Shown: positions 1 through 10,793, numbered from the stretch's first letter. The stretch is DNA of 32,000 nt from Halalkalibacterium halodurans (GCF_004376175.1 NZ_SNUY01000032.1:12367-44366), one strand, 5' to 3'. Translations and numbers: made by a program. Notes: generated by a model not told the origin, from the sequence alone.

Positions 1-613
1 ACCCTTCAATCTCAGCTAACTCGACAGCGGCGGACACGACCATTTGATTATGAAGTCGCTCCACATCATCACTTAAAACTTTTACTTCGATCGGCAATGG
101 TGGGAGTCTCCGCGTATTCACTTGCGTCGTACCATTCACCTCATAAAAAGTAGAGGTTGAAATGATCCGTTCCGTTCCAATCGCTATTTCCTTCGCTTGA
201 TAGATGTTCAGCTCGTTTAGCAAGGAGCGGAGGAAATCTGGTGAGACATTCTGGCTTGTTGAACCTACATAGGCATCATTTTCGTAAAGTGACTTGATCG
301 TAATTACGAGCCCTTCCCCCGATACCTCAGTAAGCCCGGCACTTTCTCGTAACGTTTCGATCTGCTCCTCAATCACACTATCTATCTCTTGCTGCTCTTC
401 TAAGGATTGTCGATATTGTGAAAGTAAGGATTCCGTATTTTCGATCTCATCGGCCAGTTGCTGTCTCTTTTCTTGCTCCTGCACCAATTCCTGCCGTAAT
501 TCTCGAACATCTCGTGTATCACGGACAACCGGCTCCTTTGTCGTTTGAAAAAGAACCGCTAGCATGAAGCCAATCAGCAAGGTAACAATTGTGAATGTCC
601 ATTTTCGTTCCAT
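1..613 (-). CDS. DUF881-family protein (YlxX-like); the 3' end runs off the window
   Basis: My own minus-strand translation from ATG 613-611 reads MERKWTFTIVTLLIGFMLAVLFQTTKEPVVRDTRDVRELRQEL... and stays open to position 1. It is absent from the ORF track because no stop lies in the window. It has an N-terminal TM helix and a coiled-coil-like stretch, is paralogous to the neighbouring 619-1341 ORF, and its position after divIB-ylxW matches B. subtilis ylxX. Confidence 0.8.
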   Translation of the reverse strand, partial: MERKWTFTIVTLLIGFMLAVLFQTTKEPVVRDTRDVRELRQELVQEQEKRQQLADEIENTESLLSQYRQSLEEQQEIDSVIEEQIETLRESAGLTEVSGEGLVITIKSLYENDAYVGSTSQNVSPDFLRSLLNELNIYQAKEIAIGTERIISTSTFYEVNGTTQVNTRRLPPLPIEVKVLSDDVERLHNQMVVSAAVELAEIEG

Positions 614-618
614 CTTTC

Positions 619-1341
619 TCATCTTCTTTCAGTTAGATAAGGGTCTAGAACAATCGTGCTTTTCTCTTCAACCCTCACCTCGATTGAATCATCTAATAAA
701 AAGTCTTGGACGCCACCTGGAAGCTCAAAGGAACTTTTCATGACTGAAGGATCACCAACCGCTGAAATAGTAAATGGTGCATACGAACGATTACCATCCA
801 CTGTAATGACAGGACCTACACATTGAATGTACGATTGATGTGACAAACGGTAGCCATTAATCGCAACCGCCTCCGCCCCTGCCACAAGCAAAACATCGAC
901 TACCTTTTGAACATGGTGCTCATGAACAATATAGTTGTTAGGGTCCCCTTCTTCAGGAATGTATGAGCTGTCATCAAGGGTGATCTCGATCCCCTGTCCT
1001 TGGACAGGAACAGCTCCAGTAATTTTACGAAGCTTTTCCACGTCTTCTATTAAATTGGCCGTACGAATTTCTGAGCGTTCAGTGGCAGAAGCGATCTCTT
1101 CTTCAAGCTCCCGCACTTCTGATTGCAAATTGCGCAAATCTTCCTGCAACGATCGATTGATTGTTTGCTCTAACAGAATACGATTGCGAAGCTCGTCCTC
1201 ATACCGCCATTGACTCGTATTTCGCTCGCCTTGGTTCGCTAATTGCTCACTGGCTAACTCATAGCTCAAAGCAAGAATAAAGCCCGTAACGAGGAAGACT
1301 AGCGACAGGAGTACATGTTTACTTCTAACTTTCCACTTCAA
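619..1341 (-). CDS. DUF881-family protein (YlxW-like)
   Basis: The ORF track gives 619..1383, where the start codon is actually TTG. The in-frame TTG at 1341 follows GAGGAGGA with about 8 nt spacing and gives an N-terminus (LKWKVRSKHVLLSLVFLVTGF) collinear with B. subtilis YlxW. The C-terminal YIVHEHH...NGYRL...GPVITVDG block is typical of DUF881. The alternative start at 1383 is not excluded. Confidence 0.85.
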   Translation of the reverse strand: MKWKVRSKHVLLSLVFLVTGFILALSYELASEQLANQGERNTSQWRYEDELRNRILLEQTINRSLQEDLRNLQSEVRELEEEIASATERSEIRTANLIEDVEKLRKITGAVPVQGQGIEITLDDSSYIPEEGDPNNYIVHEHHVQKVVDVLLVAGAEAVAINGYRLSHQSYIQCVGPVITVDGNRSYAPFTISAVGDPSVMKSSFELPGGVQDFLLDDSIEVRVEEKSTIVLDPYLTERR

Positions 1342-2113
1342 CCTCCTGATCCTCCTCTTCCTCTGGAATGTTAAACGACTCAAAATATGGACTCATTCTC
1401 ATGTGTAAAATCCCTTCAGCATCCGGGTCGAGCTCTTTCACAACCACTGGATAAGGAGCCATATATTCCGCGAATTGACGAATCGTGGACTGAACGATAA
1501 GGCCGTCGTTCATATACAGGGTGATACGTAATGGATCTCCATCATTGGGCGTATGATAAATTTCCGATATTCGTTGCACCACTCGATCCGGCATCTCATT
1601 TAGCTCGGCTGCTAACTCTTTCACAAGTGAGAGCTGATCCCAATTGACTAAAATAGGAGCATCTGCCGGAACTTTATATTTCGGCAGTTCGGATAAAAAT
1701 GAACCTGACTCTAAAATCGGGAAATATTGATCCTCTTGAAACAAGTATGCAACTCGTTCGTACTCCTTCACTTCAAGAACGACCGTATTAGGGAGTACTC
1801 TATGCCACTCTATTGCTTCTACTTCCTCAAGCGATTCCACATTTGCCTTTAATTGCTCATCAGAGATGCTCCAAATGCTTGTCTCATTTGAAAGTTTACT
1901 TGCTTCAATGATCGCGTCATCATCAACAAATTGATTCCCTTCAACTTTAATGCTACGGATGTGACTTAGCGGAGACTGAAAATAAATCACAAGGAGGAGC
2001 AAGAGAAAGAAGAACGATAGGAAGAAGATGAGCCTGCGATTCGCTCGCTGTTTTCTTTGTTCTTTTAACGATGGAATTCGTTCATGAATCGTAACAACTT
2101 TCTCATCTCCCAT
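1325..2113 (-). CDS. divIB: Cell division protein DivIB (FtsQ family, POTRA domain)
   Basis: 262 aa with a basic cytoplasmic N-terminus, one TM helix (LIFFLSFFFLLLLLVIYF) and a POTRA-like region (IRSIKVEGNQFV). It sits immediately downstream of murB, as in Bacillus dcw clusters. Confidence 0.9.
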   Translation of the reverse strand: MGDEKVVTIHERIPSLKEQRKQRANRRLIFFLSFFFLLLLLVIYFQSPLSHIRSIKVEGNQFVDDDAIIEASKLSNETSIWSISDEQLKANVESLEEVEAIEWHRVLPNTVVLEVKEYERVAYLFQEDQYFPILESGSFLSELPKYKVPADAPILVNWDQLSLVKELAAELNEMPDRVVQRISEIYHTPNDGDPLRITLYMNDGLIVQSTIRQFAEYMAPYPVVVKELDPDAEGILHMRMSPYFESFNIPEEEEDQEVEVES

Positions 2114-2208
2114 AACCGTCCCCCCATCTGACGTTATACTTTAATAATCGGCATATTTGCCTGCAACTTTTATCCTTGAAGCTTAAATCAAACCCATGTG
2201 AACGTTTT

Positions 2209-3114
2209 TTACCGTTCTCCGATCAGTTCGACTTCTGTTTCCATGTTAATTTGGTATTGCTTTTGAATGGTATCTTTTACGTGATGAATGAGTGCGAGCA
2301 CATCAGCTGCCTTGGCATCTCCAGTGTTTACGATAAAATTAGCGTGCATCGTCGAAATTTGCGCTCCTCCAATTTGGTATCCTTTTAAGCCAGCTTTTTC
2401 AATCAACTGTCCTGCATATTCAGGAAGAGGGTTACGAAACACGCTCCCACACGTTGGATGATTCCACGGCTGGGTGTCACGGCGATAGTCTTTGTTTTTT
2501 TGGAGCTTCTTTTTAATGTCTTCCTTGTCGCCTCGTGTTAGTGAAAAAATGGCTTCTACACATATTCCGTCATTTTTTTGTAATAACGATGTGCGATATG
2601 AAAAGGCCATCTCTTCGTTCGTTAACCAGCGGAGTGTCCCGTCTGGGAACAACACATGCGCCTTCGTCAAAATTTGTGATATGTCTGAGCCATGGGCTCC
2701 TGCATTCATAAAAACGGCACCGCCGACAGACCCAGGGATGCCCGCAGCAAATTCGAGACCTGCCAAGCCTTGCCGACTGATCACCGTTGCCAGTTTGACC
2801 ACTGGATATCCTGCTCCGACCGTGATTGATTCACCGTTTACTTCCAAATGATCAAGGCCTTTATCTAGTTTGACCGTCACCCCACGCAACCCTTTATCCG
2901 ATACTAGAATATTTGAACCACGACCAATCACCCGCCATTTACATCCTGTCTCTTGAATGAGCTTCATCGTTTTTTTAAGACCTTCTATGTCGTTTGGAAT
3001 GACAAAAACATCGGCAGGTCCACCAATTTTCCACGTCGTATGATGAGCCAGAGATTCATTCACCCGTACTTCTCCTACTTGAAGGGCACGTAAGCTTTCC
3101 ACTAGTTGTTCCAT
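2209..3114 (-). CDS. murB: UDP-N-acetylenolpyruvoylglucosamine reductase
   Basis: 301 aa with FAD-binding and MurB motifs ([41 protein letters not shown]). dcw synteny supports the call. Confidence 0.95.
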   Translation of the reverse strand: MEQLVESLRALQVGEVRVNESLAHHTTWKIGGPADVFVIPNDIEGLKKTMKLIQETGCKWRVIGRGSNILVSDKGLRGVTVKLDKGLDHLEVNGESITVGAGYPVVKLATVISRQGLAGLEFAAGIPGSVGGAVFMNAGAHGSDISQILTKAHVLFPDGTLRWLTNEEMAFSYRTSLLQKNDGICVEAIFSLTRGDKEDIKKKLQKNKDYRRDTQPWNHPTCGSVFRNPLPEYAGQLIEKAGLKGYQIGGAQISTMHANFIVNTGDAKAADVLALIHHVKDTIQKQYQINMETEVELIGER

Positions 3115-3185
3115 CTATTCAAACCCCTTTTCTCTTCAAAACATATACGCCTTACATAAAATGAAATGTAGTAGTCTGAGGTGAT

Positions 3186-4289
3186 TTACTTCGCTACCTC
3201 TTTCACAAGCATATGTAACTTTTCAGCAGATGTAGGCACCCCTAGTGCTTTGGCTGCTTGTTTCATCGCATCAAGTCGACCTGGCGTCACCATGATGTCA
3301 TCGATATCTTGCAGTAAGCGATCCCCCGTAAGTTCAGATTCCTTTCGCAAGATTGCGGCATCCTTTTTGCTTAACGCTGCAGCATTTTTTTCTTGGTGAT
3401 TGTTCGTTACATAAGGGCTCGGAATGAGAATGCTCGGCAGTCCTAGCGCCGTAATTTCCGCTAGTGTCGTTGCTCCTGCCCGGGCAACAATTAAGTCGAC
3501 CGCAGAAAGAACGTCTGGCATGTTGTGAATGAACGGTTGAACGATGACGTTTTCTGGTTGGCCTATACTCTTCATCTGTTCCTGTACACGCTCATAGTGG
3601 ACCGTACCTGTGACATAAACAAACTGATAAGGTTTCGCCTTCACGTCGCTCAAGATTGACATAAACGCATCATTTATTGGACGAGCCCCTCGGCTCCCGC
3701 CAACAATCAGCACCGTTTTTTTATTCGGTTTAATGCCAAGAGACCTTAGCCCTTCCTCGCGGTTGCCGCTCATCACTTCAGAAGCACGGGGATTGCCTGT
3801 AAAGACAACCTTGTTTTTCGGAAAAAACGCTTCGGCCTCCTTGAAACAAATCGCAATCCGATCCACATAGCGGCTCAAAAATTTATTTGTTAAACCTGGT
3901 ACACTATTCTGTTCATGAATCACCGTAGGTATCTTGAGCTTTGCCGCTGCGTAAACAACAGGACCACATACGTACCCGCCCGTACCAATGACAACGTCTG
4001 GCTTAAATTCATTTAACAACGCCTTGGCTCGCTTTGTTCCACGCAAAAAGCGAACGACGGTTTTCACGTTTTCCATGGAGAGCTTACGCTGGAATCCAGT
4101 GATATGAATCGTTTGAAAAGGAATTCCTTCCCTTGGGACGATCTCGCTTTCAAGTCCCCGCTCTGTTCCAATATATAAAACATCGAGACGTTCGTCCCTT
4201 TTTTTTATCTCATTGATAAACGCGAGGGCTGGATAAATATGTCCTCCTGTTCCCCCACCACTAACAACGATTTTCATGTTCAAAGACAC
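3186..4289 (-). CDS. murG: Undecaprenyldiphospho-muramoylpentapeptide beta-N-acetylglucosaminyltransferase
   Basis: 367 aa. The N-terminal G-loop is [16 protein letters not shown], with GTGGYVCGP and the C-terminal [21 protein letters not shown]...HQEKNA motif. Confidence 0.95.
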   Translation of the reverse strand: MSLNMKIVVSGGGTGGHIYPALAFINEIKKRDERLDVLYIGTERGLESEIVPREGIPFQTIHITGFQRKLSMENVKTVVRFLRGTKRAKALLNEFKPDVVIGTGGYVCGPVVYAAAKLKIPTVIHEQNSVPGLTNKFLSRYVDRIAICFKEAEAFFPKNKVVFTGNPRASEVMSGNREEGLRSLGIKPNKKTVLIVGGSRGARPINDAFMSILSDVKAKPYQFVYVTGTVHYERVQEQMKSIGQPENVIVQPFIHNMPDVLSAVDLIVARAGATTLAEITALGLPSILIPSPYVTNNHQEKNAAALSKKDAAILRKESELTGDRLLQDIDDIMVTPGRLDAMKQAAKALGVPTSAEKLHMLVKEVAK

Positions 4290-4403
4290 CTTCTCTCTTT
4301 TTCCATTTTATCATGATTTAGGCTAGGTTTATACCTGTATCGCACAAAGGCTAGTGTAAAAATGTGAAATACTCAAAAATTATTTCAAAGCGTGATCCAC
4401 TCA

Positions 4404-4438
4404 TAAAAAAAAGGTCGAATGGGCAACCAGACGACCTC
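4404..4438 (-). terminator. Intrinsic terminator after spoVE
   Basis: The minus strand reads AGGTCG-tctggttgcccatt-CGACCT followed by TTTTTTTT, beginning 10 nt after the spoVE stop. Confidence 0.65.
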
Positions 4439-4447
4439 TAACTCGGT

Positions 4448-5548
4448 TTACGTTCGCGTATAACGCGAGACGTTAAGCAACACGCCGAGAGAGACGAGCA
4501 TGAGTGTTAAACTTGATCCACCATAGCTCAAAAGTGGAAGGGTGATTCCTGTCACTGGCATGAGTCCTGTCACGACGCCAATGTTAATCATCACTTGGAT
4601 GGCCACCATCGCGACGATCCCTGTGGCAAGAAAGCTCCCAAACAAATCTGGAGCCCCTAAGGCGATTCGTATGCCACGCCATAAGACGATCCCAAATAGA
4701 GCAATCACAAAACAGCCACCGAGAAAGCCTAACTCCTCCGATAATATCGCAAAAATAAAGTCGGTTTGTGGCTCGGGCAAGTAATAGTACTTTTGCCGAC
4801 TTTCCCCTAGACCAAGACCGAGGAGTCCTCCTGGACCGATCGCATAAAGGGATTGAATAATTTGAAATCCGCTCCCAAGGGGGTCTGACCATGGATCAAG
4901 AAAAGAGGTGATGCGCTTAATCCGGTATGGAGCCGAAATGATCAATGCTGCAAAACCAGCCATTCCGACAATGCCGAGCATGACGAAATGTAAAATCCTC
5001 GCACCGGCAACAAAAATCATCACCACACACGTACCGACCATGACCGCGCCTGTTCCTAAATCAGGCTGGAGCATGATCATGCCAAAAGCAAGCATAACAA
5101 GGGATAACGAAGGGAGCAACCCTTTTTTAAACGATGTGATTAATTTTTGATTTTCAGCCAAAAACTTAGCCAAAAAAACAATCATCGCCATTTTCATAAA
5201 TTCTGAAGGCTGGATGGAGAACGCTCCTACACCGAGCCAGCTTCGTGCTCCACCGCGAACGAGACCAACCCCTGGAATGAGAACAATAATGAGCAAAACG
5301 AAGCAAACAATCACCATCAGTTTTGCCCATACGCGCCACGTCCAATATTCAACCCTCATCATAAAGAGCATGGCGATAAAACCAACACTCGCAAAAAAAA
5401 GCTGTCGCTTCGCAAAGAAAAACCCATCGTCAAATCGGTAGGTAGCCCAAGCCTCACTCGCGCTGTAAACCATAATTAAGCCTATAATAAGTAAGGCTAC
5501 CGTTGCGACAACGAGAAGGTAGTCTGGTGCTGCTTTTTGTCTTGGCAA
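4448..5548 (-). CDS. spoVE: SEDS-family peptidoglycan polymerase, sporulation-specific SpoVE (FtsW/RodA family)
   Basis: Near-collinear with B. subtilis SpoVE as I recall it (LIMVYSASEAWATYRFDDGFFFAKRQL..., PDLGTG, QIIQSLYAIGPGGL, YLPEPQTDFIFAILSEELGF, ending NVSRYTR). It lies between murD and murG. The track start at 5557 is a GTG embedded in its own SD (GAGGTG). The TTG at 5548 has 6 nt spacing and matches the B. subtilis N-terminal length. Confidence 0.9.
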   Translation of the reverse strand: MPRQKAAPDYLLVVATVALLIIGLIMVYSASEAWATYRFDDGFFFAKRQLFFASVGFIAMLFMMRVEYWTWRVWAKLMVIVCFVLLIIVLIPGVGLVRGGARSWLGVGAFSIQPSEFMKMAMIVFLAKFLAENQKLITSFKKGLLPSLSLVMLAFGMIMLQPDLGTGAVMVGTCVVMIFVAGARILHFVMLGIVGMAGFAALIISAPYRIKRITSFLDPWSDPLGSGFQIIQSLYAIGPGGLLGLGLGESRQKYYYLPEPQTDFIFAILSEELGFLGGCFVIALFGIVLWRGIRIALGAPDLFGSFLATGIVAMVAIQVMINIGVVTGLMPVTGITLPLLSYGGSSLTLMLVSLGVLLNVSRYTRT

Positions 5549-5603
5549 TCGGAACACCTCATTTACTGAGTTTCGTTCGTACGGGACAAAGCCCCTCTAC
5601 CAA

Positions 5604-5632
5604 ACTGTATGCGCCAGACAAACCGAACATGT
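5604..5632 (-). promoter_or_regulatory. Candidate sigma-E-type promoter for spoVE
   Basis: The minus strand reads ACATGTT, then 14 nt, then CATACAGT. The -10 element matches the sigma-E consensus CATACAnT and the -35 element partly matches the ATA-containing consensus. It lies in the 86-bp murD-spoVE gap. Confidence 0.45.
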
Positions 5633-5643
5633 CCTTTATTATC

Positions 5644-6996
5644 CTATTCTTGTAATCCCTCGATCGAAGTCACAAACGCCTCACCGCGCTCTTCAAACGT
5701 ACGGTATTGATCCCAGCTCGCACATGCAGGCGATAAAAGGATGACATCCCCATTCGCAGATACGTCTAATGCCTTACGTACTGCATCTTCTACCCGCTCA
5801 GCCTCCACGATCGTCTCAACGCCAGCTTCCATAGCTGCTTGTGCTAATTTATGCTTTGTTTCTCCAAAAAGCACGACCGCTTTCACCTTTTGTAGTGCTG
5901 GAATTAAGTCATCAAATGAGTTTCCTCGATCCAACCCGCCTGCTAGCAATACAATAGGGTCAGTAAAGGATTGAATCGCCGCTGTAGTGGAGAGAATGTT
6001 TGTCGCTTTCGAATCGTTATACCATTTCCTCTCAAAAGCTGTCCCAACAAATTGCAGGCGGTGTTCCACACCAGAAAACGTGGACAATACATGATGAATT
6101 TGTTCCTTTGTCGCACCCATGAGCAAGGCAGCCGACATAGCAGCTAATACGTTGTCCACATTGTGGTCTCCTGGCAATACGACATCGCCTTTTTCCACAA
6201 TCTTTTCCCCTCTAAACATATAGGTTTCCCCATCAACATAGGCTCCGCTTTTGACGACGGTGGACCGTGAAAAAGGAATAGGTGTTGCCTTTGTTTCAGC
6301 GGCAACCTTGGAGACTAGCGGATCATCTGCGTTGTAGACAAAGTAGTCTTCCTCTTTCATGTTTTCAACAATTTTCTTTTTGGCCGCCACATAGTTTTCT
6401 TTCGAGCCGTGATAATCGAGATGGGCGTCAAAAATATTTAAGAGGATCGCCACTTTAGGACGGAAATGGCTCGTCCCCATCAATTGGAAGCTGGACACTT
6501 CCATGACGATCACATCATCCGCCGTTGCTTCCCTAGCTACATCGGAAGCCACGACCCCAATGTTTCCTGCTACTTTCGGCTCTCGGGCACTTCCCTTCAG
6601 CATCTCCACAACTAAGGACGTCGTCGTCGTCTTCCCATTAGACCCTGTAATTGCGATGATCTCAGCTTCACTCACCTTAGATGCGAGCTCGACCTCGGTC
6701 ACGACGGAGATCCCCCGTTTGATCGCTTCCTCAACAATCGGATTATCATAGCGAATCCCTGGGTTTTTTACGACTAATTCTTTTCCATCAAGAAGAGAGG
6801 TTGGGTGTTCTCCACATACGACGTGAATCCCTTCCTTTTGCAGCTTTTGCGCTTGAGGGTTATCCGCCAACGGTTTTTGGTCATTTACGGTGACAATCGC
6901 GCCTAAATCATGGAGGAGACGGGCCGCGGCCTCTCCGCTTTTTGCCAAACCTAATACTAAAATATGTTTTTGATGAAATTGTTCTGTATGTTTCAT
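5644..6996 (-). CDS. murD: UDP-N-acetylmuramoylalanine--D-glutamate ligase
   Basis: Starts [28 protein letters not shown] (Rossmann-like fold) and carries the Mur ligase P-loop [11 protein letters not shown]. The ATG at 6996 overlaps the mraY stop as ATGA. The 26 extra codons in the ORF track lie inside mraY. Confidence 0.95.
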   Translation of the reverse strand: MKHTEQFHQKHILVLGLAKSGEAAARLLHDLGAIVTVNDQKPLADNPQAQKLQKEGIHVVCGEHPTSLLDGKELVVKNPGIRYDNPIVEEAIKRGISVVTEVELASKVSEAEIIAITGSNGKTTTTSLVVEMLKGSAREPKVAGNIGVVASDVAREATADDVIVMEVSSFQLMGTSHFRPKVAILLNIFDAHLDYHGSKENYVAAKKKIVENMKEEDYFVYNADDPLVSKVAAETKATPIPFSRSTVVKSGAYVDGETYMFRGEKIVEKGDVVLPGDHNVDNVLAAMSAALLMGATKEQIHHVLSTFSGVEHRLQFVGTAFERKWYNDSKATNILSTTAAIQSFTDPIVLLAGGLDRGNSFDDLIPALQKVKAVVLFGETKHKLAQAAMEAGVETIVEAERVEDAVRKALDVSANGDVILLSPACASWDQYRTFEERGEAFVTSIEGLQE

Positions 6997-7973
6997 GTTA
7001 TCCACACCTCTAAATAGATCGCGAGCATAGCAAATAGGAGACCGACCGTCCAAAACGTAACGACGACGCGCCATTCAGACCAACCTGAAAGCTCATAGTG
7101 ATGGTGGAGCGGGCTCATTTTAAAAATCCGCTTTCCTCTCGTCTTAAAAGAAATGACTTGAATGATGACGGAAAGTGTTTCAATGACAAATACCCCGCCA
7201 ATAATGATTAACAAGATTTCCTGCTTCGCCATAATCGCAATGGCCGCAATGGCACCCCCAAGTGCGAGGGAACCTGTATCTCCCATAAACACTTTAGCCG
7301 GGTGGGAGTTGAACACAAGAAAGCCGAGTACGGCGCCAACAACAGCGGCAGAGAAGATCGCCACTTCAAAATAGTTAGTGGCCCAAGCAATGATCGCAAA
7401 TGCACCGAATGCGATCGCACCAGTCCCTGCTACTAATCCATCAAGGCCATCTGTTAAATTGACCGCATTGGATGCACCAACAAGCATGACGATCACGAGA
7501 GGTAAATAAAACCACCCGAAATCAATCGAAAGGGACGTCGCTGGAATCGTCACCTCTGTAGAGAGACCCATGTTTCTTAGGCCTAAATAAAACAGGACAG
7601 CGACAACCAGTTGTCCGATCAATTTTTGCTTAGATGTAAGCCCTAAGTTTCTTTTCATGACCACTTTAATAAAGTCATCAATAAATCCGAGAACACCGAA
7701 GCCGATTGTCACTAATAGTAAAAGCAAGACGTCCATTGATAAAGATAGAAATTGAAACGAGACGAACAAGGATGACACGAGGATGGATAGAAGGATCATT
7801 AAACCCCCCATCGTCGGCGTCCCGCTCTTTTTTTGATGTGATTTTGGTCCTTCTTCACGAATGCTTTGCCCAAACTTAAGCCTGCGTAAAAACGGGATAA
7901 AGATAGGTGACAAAATGACCGTAATCACAAAGGACAGAATAAGGGTTAAAAGTAAGACACGTTCTAGCATCAT
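6993..7973 (-). CDS. mraY: Phospho-N-acetylmuramoyl-pentapeptide transferase
   Basis: 326 aa polytopic membrane protein with motifs [40 protein letters not shown] and SPLHHH. A GGAGGAGGG SD lies 8 nt upstream. Confidence 0.95.
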   Translation of the reverse strand: MMLERVLLLTLILSFVITVILSPIFIPFLRRLKFGQSIREEGPKSHQKKSGTPTMGGLMILLSILVSSLFVSFQFLSLSMDVLLLLLVTIGFGVLGFIDDFIKVVMKRNLGLTSKQKLIGQLVVAVLFYLGLRNMGLSTEVTIPATSLSIDFGWFYLPLVIVMLVGASNAVNLTDGLDGLVAGTGAIAFGAFAIIAWATNYFEVAIFSAAVVGAVLGFLVFNSHPAKVFMGDTGSLALGGAIAAIAIMAKQEILLIIIGGVFVIETLSVIIQVISFKTRGKRIFKMSPLHHHYELSGWSEWRVVVTFWTVGLLFAMLAIYLEVWIT

Positions 7974-7977
7974 TTGG

Positions 7978-9336
7978 TTATCCCTCCTCCCGTTTCAATT
8001 TATCTACAATCGATTCCAATTCCAATCCCCGAGAGGCTTTGAATAAAACGACTGTTTTTCCATCTAATAAACCTTCAATATAGTCCGTCGCTTCCTCTTT
8101 CTCAACAAACGAAACGAAAGGAATATTGCTCCCTCTTCGCTTCATCTCATCCGCTATCCACTGACCTTTTTCCCCAACAAGGACCGCGGTCGTTATCGGC
8201 TCTGTTATTTCATCGGCAACCGAGCGATGCAATGCTTCTTCATCTATTCCTAGCTCGTAAATATCTCCTAAAACAGCAACCTTCTTTTCATAGTTCGGAT
8301 ATGCCTTTAACGTCTTGATCGCTGCTTTCATTGAAGTCGGACTAGCATTATAGGCGTCATTTAAAAGAAGGGCTCCCTTTTGACCTTCGACCTTTTCAAG
8401 CCGCATCTTTGAAATTGCTACACTCTCTAATGATCTAGCGACTTGCTCCGGTGAAAGTCCGAGGTGTAGTGCTACGCTGACAGCGTATGCTGCATTCTTA
8501 ACATTATGCTCACCAATCAGTTTGATGTCATAAGAATGATCATCAATGGTGAACGAATAGCCATCTTCACGAGCTTCTAGATCGTGAATCACGATTTTAT
8601 TTTCCGAAGAGAATCCAACCGTTTGCACGCCTTCTTTCACATAAGGAGAAAGCAACGGTTCATCACCGTCGAGAAATAGGACACCTGTTGGCTTTAAGCC
8701 GAGGGCAATTTCCATTTTTGCTTTTGCAATGTTCTCGCGGCTCCCTAGCTGTTCAAGGTGAGATTCTCCTATGTTCGTTACGACAGCAATATCCGGGGTT
8801 GCTAGTTTACTTAACAGTTCAATTTCCCCTAACCCGCTCATCCCCATTTCTAAAATGAGTGTTTGACAATTAGCTGGCATGGAAAGCACCGTTAACGGCA
8901 GCCCGATATGATTATTGTAATTCCCTTGCGTTTTATAAATAGAGCCTAACGGAGCAAGAGTCGCATAGAGTAAGTCTTTCACTGTCGTTTTCCCATTGCT
9001 TCCCGTTACGGCTACAACTGTTGGTTCTGTTTGCCGCAAATAAGCTTTCGCCATCGCTTGTAGCGCAAATAGGGTATCATTTACGAACAAAAGGCGATCC
9101 TCATTTTTTAATGACTCAGGTACCGGAACAGAAGTAGCCCAAAGTGAAGCTTGTGCTCCCTTAGATAGCGCTTGTTCCACATAATCATGACCATCAAATC
9201 TCTCACCGATAAGCGGAACAAAAAGGTTCCCTTCTTGAATCGTGCGTGTGTCGGTCGATACCCCGGTAAACGAGAGTGGAGCAGATGGGTTGTTTTTCGT
9301 AATGATCCCTTTTAAAAGCTGTGTTGATATACTCAT
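7978..9336 (-). CDS. murF: UDP-N-acetylmuramoyl-tripeptide--D-alanyl-D-alanine ligase
   Basis: Mur ligase P-loop [12 protein letters not shown], with [20 protein letters not shown] and the C-terminal VLFKASRG. The ATG at 9336 sits 8 nt after AAGGAG and overlaps the murE stop as ATGA. The track ATG at 9342 is only 2 nt from the SD. Confidence 0.93.
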   Translation of the reverse strand: MSISTQLLKGIITKNNPSAPLSFTGVSTDTRTIQEGNLFVPLIGERFDGHDYVEQALSKGAQASLWATSVPVPESLKNEDRLLFVNDTLFALQAMAKAYLRQTEPTVVAVTGSNGKTTVKDLLYATLAPLGSIYKTQGNYNNHIGLPLTVLSMPANCQTLILEMGMSGLGEIELLSKLATPDIAVVTNIGESHLEQLGSRENIAKAKMEIALGLKPTGVLFLDGDEPLLSPYVKEGVQTVGFSSENKIVIHDLEAREDGYSFTIDDHSYDIKLIGEHNVKNAAYAVSVALHLGLSPEQVARSLESVAISKMRLEKVEGQKGALLLNDAYNASPTSMKAAIKTLKAYPNYEKKVAVLGDIYELGIDEEALHRSVADEITEPITTAVLVGEKGQWIADEMKRRGSNIPFVSFVEKEEATDYIEGLLDGKTVVLFKASRGLELESIVDKLKREEG

Positions 9337-10793
9337 GTCCATCGCTCCTTAATCGCTTGTTGAGCTACGATCCGATCGTCGAAATCAATCGTTCGATCAC
9401 GGAACTGCTGATACGATTCATGTCCTTTTCCTGCAATCACGATAATATCGTCTTCTTTCGCCAATTCAATCGCTTTAAAGATCGCTTCTTTTCGGTCTTC
9501 AATCATAAGATAGGAATCACCTTTGGCCCCCTGCTCCATATCACGCAAAATATCCATCGGCTCTTCACTGCGAGGATTATCTGATGTGAAAATCGCTTGA
9601 TCCGCAAAGGTTGTGGCAATTTCCGCCATGACCGGACGCTTGGTCTTATCTCTGTCGCCACCGCAGCCTACAACGACCCGCACGTCTCCTTTCGCCAATT
9701 CGCCAACCGTCTTCAGTACATTTTCGAGACTATCAGGCGTATGAGCATAGTCGACAATGACCGTAAAAGGTTGATCATGCTTCACCGTTTCGAATCGTCC
9801 CGCTACTCCTTTGACTTCCTCTAAACTCTTCTTTATCTCCTGTAATGGAACACCGCTCACATAAGCGGCGGCAGCGGCTGCTAAAACATTGTATACACTA
9901 AATTTTCCGATTAGATGAATCGATATCTCCATGCGCTCGTCGAAAGCAGCAAGCTCAAATGTCGTTCCAGTGGAGGTAATTCGAACATTTTCCGCCTGGA
10001 AATCGGCTTCGTTCTCAATACCATAAGTAACGACTTGAGCGATCGTCATCTCAGCGAAATCAGCAGAGGCTGGATCGTCCGCGTTTAAGACAGCTACTTT
10101 TCCTCGGTACGTATTGCCGAGTTGGGCAAAGAGTAACCCCTTGGCAAATTTATACCGCTCCATCGTTCCATGGTAGTCTAAGTGATCAGGGGTTAAATTG
10201 GAGAAGACGGCCACATCAAAATCACAGCCACGCACTCGTCCCGATTGAAGGGCATGGGAGGAAACTTCCATCATCGCCGTCGTCACTCCAGACTTTTTCA
10301 TGTCAGCAAATGTTCGTTGCAACACGAGGGACTCTGGTGTTGTGTTTTTCGTCTCCCTGAGCTCATGACCGATTTTCGTGTACATCGTTCCTATGAGCCC
10401 TGTCATCTTCCCTTGATCCTGCATTATTTTTTCAATCAAATGGGTAATCGTAGTTTTACCATTCGTTCCTGTAACACCGATGAGCTGCAGATCATTTGTC
10501 GGTTCACCGTAAAACTTTGTCGCCACTTGAGCCATCGCTCGACGTGAATCTCTGACGACAACAACAGGAACGGAAAGTTCAAGCGGTCTCTCACTAACGA
10601 CCGCAACTGCTCCGTTGCTTACTGCTTGCTGGGCGTAATCATGACCATCAACCGTATACCCTTTGATGCAGAAAAACAGCCCACCTTCTACAACTTCACG
10701 TGAATCCATATGTATTGAATGAATGTCTGGATTTCCCTCATGTATCATTTTATATCCATACAAGGAATCCAGTAAGGAAACTAATTTTACCAT
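9333..10793 (-). CDS. murE: UDP-N-acetylmuramoyl-L-alanyl-D-glutamate--2,6-diaminopimelate ligase
   Basis: 486 aa with P-loop VTGTNGKTT, then EVSSHAL and DYAHTPDSL. The DNPR motif (FTSDNPRSEEP) is characteristic of meso-DAP-adding MurE enzymes. Confidence 0.95.
   Translation of the reverse strand: MVKLVSLLDSLYGYKMIHEGNPDIHSIHMDSREVVEGGLFFCIKGYTVDGHDYAQQAVSNGAVAVVSERPLELSVPVVVVRDSRRAMAQVATKFYGEPTNDLQLIGVTGTNGKTTITHLIEKIMQDQGKMTGLIGTMYTKIGHELRETKNTTPESLVLQRTFADMKKSGVTTAMMEVSSHALQSGRVRGCDFDVAVFSNLTPDHLDYHGTMERYKFAKGLLFAQLGNTYRGKVAVLNADDPASADFAEMTIAQVVTYGIENEADFQAENVRITSTGTTFELAAFDERMEISIHLIGKFSVYNVLAAAAAAYVSGVPLQEIKKSLEEVKGVAGRFETVKHDQPFTVIVDYAHTPDSLENVLKTVGELAKGDVRVVVGCGGDRDKTKRPVMAEIATTFADQAIFTSDNPRSEEPMDILRDMEQGAKGDSYLMIEDRKEAIFKAIELAKEDDIIVIAGKGHESYQQFRDRTIDFDDRIVAQQAIKERWT

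Noticed and set aside
294-548. An 84-aa plus-strand ORF, and many similar 60-120 aa ORFs antisense to conserved genes (for example 935-1213, 2492-2851, 3181-3399, 4542-4784, 4908-5150, 5214-5441, 5741-5974, 6503-6751, 7162-7374, 9597-9824, 10245-10547, 11961-12241, 13399-13593, 14069-14383, 15048-15272, 15639-16048, 16045-16315, 16762-17103, 17799-18601, 22364-22721, 23868-24077, 24384-24593, 25805-26119, 26473-27082, 29263-29508, 30749-30946).
   Set aside because: Each lies fully inside, and antisense to, a gene with unmistakable conserved-family sequence. They have Ser/Cys/Arg-rich low-complexity translations and no SD. They are shadow ORFs.
4584-4892. Same-strand, out-of-frame ORFs inside real genes (4584-4892 in spoVE, 7208-7420 in mraY, 11266-11475 in spoVD, 14681-14872 in pbpB, 16718-16927 across rsmH/mraZ, 21014-21199, 28135-28432).
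   Set aside because: They are alternative frames of strongly supported CDSs, with no SD and no recognisable family.
6997-7074. N-terminal extensions in the ORF track: murD to 7074, mraZ to 17285, pbpB to 15392, rpmF to 23031, tmcAL from 23776, ylbL to 26245, ylbJ from 27104, panE to 20400, gerR to 21809, spoVE to 5557.
   Set aside because: The extensions overlap the upstream gene or contain the gene's own SD. The internal starts have proper SD spacing and reproduce the B. subtilis N-termini.
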